From the NCBI GenBank assembly GCA_035278885.1, contig DATEIR010000068.1:4095-68094 (forward strand): a stretch of 64,000 nucleotides of DNA. Reading direction: 5' to 3'. The stretch's first letter is position 1; every line of letters starts with the position of its first letter. The notes under the pieces were generated by a model. It did no database searches. It was not told the DNA's origin and saw only the letters and a list, made by a program, of their open reading frames with translations. Below are positions 59,689 to 64,000 of the stretch, piece by piece. A program made the translations under genes and the position numbers. This DNA comes from Gemmatimonadales bacterium (GTDB taxonomy: Bacteria; Gemmatimonadota; Gemmatimonadetes; Gemmatimonadales; GWC2-71-9).

Positions 59689-62277
59689 ATGAGCTCCTGC
59701 CGGCTCGGCGACGCGATCCATCGCCTCGGTGTGGCGATTGCACTGCTCGGGCTCGCGATGGAGGCCGGCCCCCTCGAGGCCCAGTCCTCCGAGCTGCCGA
59801 GCTGGGCCGACAGCTTCGCGGTGGTGACGCCTGGCCCGACCTATGGCAAGAGCGGTTTGTGGACGGTATTCGCGGGGCGCCACTATCGCGATCTCTGGAC
59901 CATCCCCATCCAGGTGCCGGTGGTCAGCCTGCAGCGCTTCGCCGGCGGCCTGACGCCGCTCGCGGCCCATGCGGGACACCAGACGACCTCGCTGCGCTTC
60001 TCCGGCGCCGACGGCAAGCAGTACCAGTTCCGCACCATCAACAAGGATCCCACCGCACTGCTCGCGCCCGCGCTGCAGGGCAGCGCCTACGCCAAGGCGC
60101 TGCAGGACGGGGTGAGCGCCTCGTTCCCGGGCGCGCCGCTGGTGGCCAACCCGCTGCTCGTCTCCGCCGGGGTGCTGGTGGACAACCAGACGCTCGCGCT
60201 CCTGCCGGACGACCCGGCCCTGGGCGAGTTCCGGGACAAATGGAAAGGTGTCCTGGGGCTGATCGAGGAGCGGCCGCCCTCGACGCCCGACGCCACGGAC
60301 ACGCTGGGGCCGAAGCGGGTCGTCTCGCCCGCGGGCCTGTTCCGCCGGATCGACAAGAGTCCCGACCATAGGGTGGACACCCGGGCGTTTCTCCGCGCCC
60401 GCCTGATGGACATGTACCTGGGCGACCGGGACCGTCATCGGGACCAGTTCCGCTGGGCGGACTTCGGCGGCAAGCACCCGACCGTCTGGCAGCCGATCTC
60501 GCGCGACCACGACGAGGCCTTCGTCCAGCTCGATGGGCTCTCGCTCGATCTCGCGCGCTTCTACTTCCCGCCGCTCATCACGTTCCATTCGGAGTACCCC
60601 AGCCACGTCCGACTCAACTGGCACTCGCGGGAGATCGACCGCCGGTTCCTGGCGGGACTCGACCGCGCGACCTGGGACTCGGTCGCGAACGCGCTGCAGG
60701 GCACCCTCACCGACGCGGCGATCGACTCGGCGGTGCGCCGGATGCCGGCCGAGATGTATCCCGTGGGCGGCCCGCGGCTCGACTCCGTGCTGCGGGCACG
60801 ACGTGACGGGCTGGTGAGCGAGGCACTGAGCTATTACGCGTTCCTCTCCCGGCAGGTCGAGATCCGCGCCACCGACGCCGCCGAAGTGGCGGAAGTCAAC
60901 CGGGTCGATCCGCACCACCTCGAGGTCACGCTGCGTGAAGAAGGAAAGGAGGAGCCGTACTTCCATCGGGTATTCGCCGACAGCGAGACCCGGGAGGTCA
61001 ACCTCAAGATGTGGGGCGGCGCTGACCGGGTCGTCGTCCGGGGCGACGATCCGTCGGCCATCCGGCTTCGCGTCGTGAGCGGCGCCGGCGACGACGTGCT
61101 GGTGGACTCCACGGGCACGGGCGGCACCCGGTTCTACGACGACCAGGGCACGAATTCCACCGAAGGCAGCCGGCCGATCGACCTCAATACCAAGCGCTAT
61201 GACGAATGGATCGGCAGCGACACCAACCGGTACCCACCGCGGGAGTGGGGCAGCTGGACGCGGCCGATCCCTTGGCTGGAGGTCAGCAGCGATCTGGGGC
61301 TCTTCATCGGGGCCGGCTTGCGGCGGACCACCTACGGGTTCCGCAAGGAGCCGTACGCATCCGAGATGCGGGTGCGGGCCGGGTACGCCACCGCGGCCCA
61401 GGCCGGACGGCTCGACTTCGACGCCGACGTGCATCCCGAGAACTCGGCGCATTTCTGGCGCGTGCACGCCATGGCCTCGGGGCTGGAGACGCTCAGGTTC
61501 TACGGTCCGGGCAACGAGAGCCCCAACGAGGGGCCGAGCGACTTCTTCCGGGTGGACCAGCAGCGCTACGAGCTGATGCCGGCGCTGGTCGTTCCGGTCG
61601 GCAAGCTGGAGGTGGGGCTCGGACCGCTGGTGCGTTTCACCAGCACCGGGCAGAACGACGGCCGGTTCATCGCGACGCTGGCGGACACCATCACGGGCGG
61701 GCAGGATTTCGGCCAGGTCGGCGGCCGCCTGACGCTCGATCTCGACGCCCTGGACCGGGATACCCTTCCGCTCCGGGTTCTCCACCTCACCGCCGTCGGC
61801 GAGCTCAATCCGGCGACGTGGGACGTGGAGAGCACCTTCGGGTCGGTGCAGGCCCAGGTGGAGGGCACCGTGTCGGCGGATACCCGGGCCTCCCCGACGC
61901 TGGCGCTCCGGGTGGGCGGCCGAAAGGTGTGGGGCGAGTTTCCCTTCTTCGAATCGGCCTTCGTCGGCGGCTCCCACACCGTGGCAGGGTACCACTCGAA
62001 CCGCTTCGCCGGTGACGCCAGCCTCTACGGCGGCGGGCTGGTCCGGCTCACGGTCGGCCCCGCGCCGCTGGCGCTCCCGGCCATCTGGGGTGTCTTCGGC
62101 AACTACGACGTGGGCCGGGTGTACGTGAACGGCGACTCGCCCGGGGGATGGCACACCGGCGGCGGAGGCGGGGTGTGGCTCGGGTTCCTGGATCGGAAGA
62201 ACAGCGCGTCGCTCGGGATCGCCACTTCCAGCGAGGGGACGCTGCTCCAGGCCGGGCTGGTCTTCGGCATACAGTGA
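59689..62277 (+). CDS. Large secreted protein: unknown N-terminal domain plus C-terminal Omp85/Bac_surface_Ag-type beta-barrel
   Basis: Signal peptide ending LEAQS. The C-terminal third shows Omp85 barrel strings (FVGGSHTVAGYHSNRFAGDASLYGGG, GVFGNYDVGRVY, GGGVWLGF). The N-terminal part contains MYLGDRDRHRDQFRWA and no recognisable POTRA repeats. Confidence 0.7.
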   Translation: MSSCRLGDAIHRLGVAIALLGLAMEAGPLEAQSSELPSWADSFAVVTPGPTYGKSGLWTVFAGRHYRDLWTIPIQVPVVSLQRFAGGLTPLAAHAGHQTTSLRFSGADGKQYQFRTINKDPTALLAPALQGSAYAKALQDGVSASFPGAPLVANPLLVSAGVLVDNQTLALLPDDPALGEFRDKWKGVLGLIEERPPSTPDATDTLGPKRVVSPAGLFRRIDKSPDHRVDTRAFLRARLMDMYLGDRDRHRDQFRWADFGGKHPTVWQPISRDHDEAFVQLDGLSLDLARFYFPPLITFHSEYPSHVRLNWHSREIDRRFLAGLDRATWDSVANALQGTLTDAAIDSAVRRMPAEMYPVGGPRLDSVLRARRDGLVSEALSYYAFLSRQVEIRATDAAEVAEVNRVDPHHLEVTLREEGKEEPYFHRVFADSETREVNLKMWGGADRVVVRGDDPSAIRLRVVSGAGDDVLVDSTGTGGTRFYDDQGTNSTEGSRPIDLNTKRYDEWIGSDTNRYPPREWGSWTRPIPWLEVSSDLGLFIGAGLRRTTYGFRKEPYASEMRVRAGYATAAQAGRLDFDADVHPENSAHFWRVHAMASGLETLRFYGPGNESPNEGPSDFFRVDQQRYELMPALVVPVGKLEVGLGPLVRFTSTGQNDGRFIATLADTITGGQDFGQVGGRLTLDLDALDRDTLPLRVLHLTAVGELNPATWDVESTFGSVQAQVEGTVSADTRASPTLALRVGGRKVWGEFPFFESAFVGGSHTVAGYHSNRFAGDASLYGGGLVRLTVGPAPLALPAIWGVFGNYDVGRVYVNGDSPGGWHTGGGGGVWLGFLDRKNSASLGIATSSEGTLLQAGLVFGIQ

Positions 62278-62296
62278 CGGATCGGACGACGAGGCG

Positions 62297-62455
62297 GTGA
62301 CGAGCCGCGCGAGGAGATCGCGCGAAGCCCGCTCGGTGGTGAACCCGGACTTCTTCGACCGGCTCTACGGGTACGCCTGGTTCGTGACCTTCGGGCTCAG
62401 CTTCGGGGCGTACCTGTTATTTGTGCGGCAGGCGGGTCCGGGCGAGTCGCCTTGA
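62297..62455 (+). pseudogene. Possible C-terminal relic of an NCS1-type (purine/cytosine/allantoin) permease gene
   Basis: The + strand frame reads ...NPDFFDRLYGYAWFVTFGLSFGAYLLFVRQAGPGESP* with a stop at 62453..62455. YxYAWFVxFG plus a hydrophobic tail resembles the last TM segment of NCS1 permeases (recalled from memory). No upstream body of the gene exists, and the relic overlaps the 3' end of the FkbM gene antisense. Confidence 0.35.
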
Positions 62456-63164
62456 TGACCGACATGTAGGGATGGACCCGGCTCACCCACCCGTCGATCT
62501 CCGACGGAAAGATATCCCGAGGTTTCCGGGAGATCGCCAGCTCGAAGCCGCTCTGCCGCAGCAACCGCAGGATCTCCTCCTCGCCGCTTTCGGCCGCATC
62601 TCCGGTGCCGTGGAACTCGAGGCCCAGGGCCTTCACCAGGTGCAGCCGCGAAGCGATCGAACGCAGGACCTCCGTCTCCATCCCTTCGATGTCCAGCTTG
62701 AGATAGTCTACCGGTCCCGTGATGTAGTCGGACAGCGGGACCGTCTGCACCAGGATCCAGGACTTGGTCCGCTGGGTGCCCCAGTCCTCCATGAGTGAAT
62801 GAGAGGACGACATCGGCTCCTCGGCCTTGAACTGGCCGTAGAAGCGGGCCGTGCCGCGCTCAGCCGCCAGGGCGACGTTCAGGAGCTCGACCTCCTGGAG
62901 TCCGTTGGCGGCGACGTTGGCCTGGAGGAGCTCGAAGTTCCGGGGATCGGGCTCGAAGGCCGTGATGCGGGCCCTGGGGAAGCGTCGCTTGAACCAGGCG
63001 ACCGAGAGGCCGATGTGGCTGCCGCAGTCGAGGATGACCGGGGCGTCGGTGGAGCAGGGAAAGTCGTACTCCCCGCCCTCGAAGATCTCGTGGGCGAGGA
63101 GCTCGAATTCGGGGGCGTTGCGGTACTGGAAGGTGAGGCCGTATACCTCGCGTTCGCCCCTCAC
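62397..63164 (-). CDS. FkbM family methyltransferase
   Basis: SAM-binding and FkbM pattern VILDCGSHIGLSVAWF...ITAFEPDPRNFELLQANV...LLNVALAAERGTARFY. There is a GTGA overlap with the upstream gene. Confidence 0.8.
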   Translation of the reverse strand: MRGEREVYGLTFQYRNAPEFELLAHEIFEGGEYDFPCSTDAPVILDCGSHIGLSVAWFKRRFPRARITAFEPDPRNFELLQANVAANGLQEVELLNVALAAERGTARFYGQFKAEEPMSSSHSLMEDWGTQRTKSWILVQTVPLSDYITGPVDYLKLDIEGMETEVLRSIASRLHLVKALGLEFHGTGDAAESGEEEILRLLRQSGFELAISRKPRDIFPSEIDGWVSRVHPYMSVIKATRPDPPAAQITGTPRS

Positions 63165-64000
63165 ACGTACTGCCCCAGCAGCGCCACCCCGCCGACGAAG
63201 ATCCCCAGGTCCGGCGCGCGATAGTCGATCTTGACCCGCCCGTCACTCCCGATCGCCAGCGACGAGCAGGCCACCTGGAGGTGGCAGACCACGTCGCCGC
63301 CGCCGGCGTCGGGCTTCCGGATCACGATGCTGGCCGGGTAGGGGCCCCCCGAGAGCACCGAGCGGATCTGGCGGGCGTATTCGCCCTTGCCGGTGAAGAG
63401 CCGGTCGGAGACCAGCGGCCACTGCTGATACTCGCCATTGACCTCCTGGGCGACCCAGACGTCGAGCTGCACGTAGGTGTGCTCGTAGAGCGGGTCGGCC
63501 TTGGTGGGCCACTTGAAGTCGCCCAGCACGCTGCTGGCGAGGCCGTTGCCGACCAGGTCCACCCGCACGCTGGACACGTAGAAGCTCTGGGCCGGCGGGC
63601 TCATCGCGTAGCTCAGGTCCTGGAGGGTCTGCCCCGCCTTGCTGTCGTCGCAGTCGCCGGTGTCCGTATAGATGTAGGGATAGAGCCAGACGCCGGCATC
63701 GCCGTTGTCGGTCAGGTCGGCCGAGGCCTCCCAGGCGCCGGCGTCTGGGTCGAGGCCGCCGATGATCTTGTTGCAGTCGGCCCGGCTGAACGTGGAGCTC
63801 GAATCGACGGGGCGCTTGAACTTGAGCTGGGGCGGGAGCGCGGTGGCCGCGGGGAGCCCGGCGGCGAAGAGTTCCTGGTACGCCGAGCGCGTCTTGTGGA
63901 ACCTGGCTTTCTCGGCCTTGGCCTCCGCGAGGGCACGCGCCTCCAGCGGCTGCAGGGCCTGCCGGACATAGCGGCGCTGGGCGGCGTTGCGTCGCCGGTG
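63161..64000 (-). CDS. Hypothetical protein, 5' end beyond the right edge
   Basis: The track lists only 63161..63604 (from an internal ATG). By manual translation, the same frame stays open with coding-like GC3 usage up to position 64000 (...AEKARFHKTRSAYQELFAAGLPAATALPPQLKFKRPVDSSSTFSRADCNKIIGGLDPDAGAWEASADLTDNGDAGVWLYPYIYTDTGDCDDSKAGQTLQDLSYAMSPP...). No family was recognised. Confidence 0.6.
   Translation of the reverse strand, partial: HRRRNAAQRRYVRQALQPLEARALAEAKAEKARFHKTRSAYQELFAAGLPAATALPPQLKFKRPVDSSSTFSRADCNKIIGGLDPDAGAWEASADLTDNGDAGVWLYPYIYTDTGDCDDSKAGQTLQDLSYAMSPPAQSFYVSSVRVDLVGNGLASSVLGDFKWPTKADPLYEHTYVQLDVWVAQEVNGEYQQWPLVSDRLFTGKGEYARQIRSVLSGGPYPASIVIRKPDAGGGDVVCHLQVACSSLAIGSDGRVKIDYRAPDLGIFVGGVALLGQYV

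Noticed and set aside
58795-62154. 1119-aa minus-strand ORF
   Set aside because: It is antisense to the OM barrel and Omp85-like genes. Its composition is dominated by Arg/Pro/Gly/Ala/Val with no motifs. The + strand products have signal peptides and family signatures.

Overview
This is a 64-kb stretch of a very GC-rich bacterial chromosome. Third codon positions are almost all G/C. The lineage cannot be told by eye, though the gene content resembles soil Gemmatimonadota/Acidobacteriota-type genomes. I can support about 60 protein genes. I found no rRNA, tRNA, CRISPR array, transposase or integrase.

Main blocks, left to right:
1. 1-5127: an operon of a hypothetical lipoprotein plus two tandem Big_2/RCC1-repeat lipoproteins, divergent from a SARP/BTAD-TPR regulator.
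2. 5132-10756: miscellaneous enzymes (HI0933 flavoprotein, SDR, alpha/beta hydrolase, GNAT, YaiI, cupin, DUF4256).
3. 11104-14697: a translationally coupled cluster of an ACAD-fold flavoprotein, a leaderless PBP-fold protein, a MetE-like protein and an OsmC-like protein.
4. 14702-18610: a stand-alone CheB domain, a Crp regulator and a DPP-IV peptidase.
5. 18728-38511: a large myo-inositol/phytate locus. It contains iolA plus a LacI repressor, divergent from iolG-E-C-(J-like)-B-D, a TonB receptor, a beta-propeller phytase, an NPP/PafA-type phosphatase, an OM barrel, an IolI-like protein and a sugar ABC transporter.
6. 38612-43601: a hypothetical protein, a GlxA regulator, an M13 peptidase and a nitrilase-superfamily enzyme.
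7. 43603-47210: a four-helix-bundle ('23S rRNA IVS protein') gene enclosed by long inverted simple-repeat arms, then a cNMP-binding histidine kinase and a response-regulator/thioredoxin-reductase-like fusion.
8. 47226-52842: a secreted TPR-like protein, a PQQ dehydrogenase with two cytochromes c, and a lactonase-type propeller.
9. 52926-54252: an ECF sigma / ZAS anti-sigma / GNAT operon.
10. 54456-64000: envelope and hypothetical genes, including an Omp85-type barrel with a non-POTRA N-terminal domain, an FkbM methyltransferase and a gene that runs off the right edge.

The least conventional signals:
- A family of heptamer/octamer-repeat palindromic elements exactly fills three convergent stop-to-stop gaps, and one of them carries the IVS-protein gene in its loop.
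- Two genes have conserved N-termini that can only be reached from an in-frame CTG preceded by a Shine-Dalgarno sequence.
- The phytate-to-inositol genes form one 17-kb co-directional gene string (putative superoperon), with twin perfect palindromic operators in the divergent promoter region.
- The two-component system has a flavoprotein output domain that lacks the TrxB CxxC.

All calls rest on reading the translations and the DNA by eye. Start codons are estimates and no database search was run.
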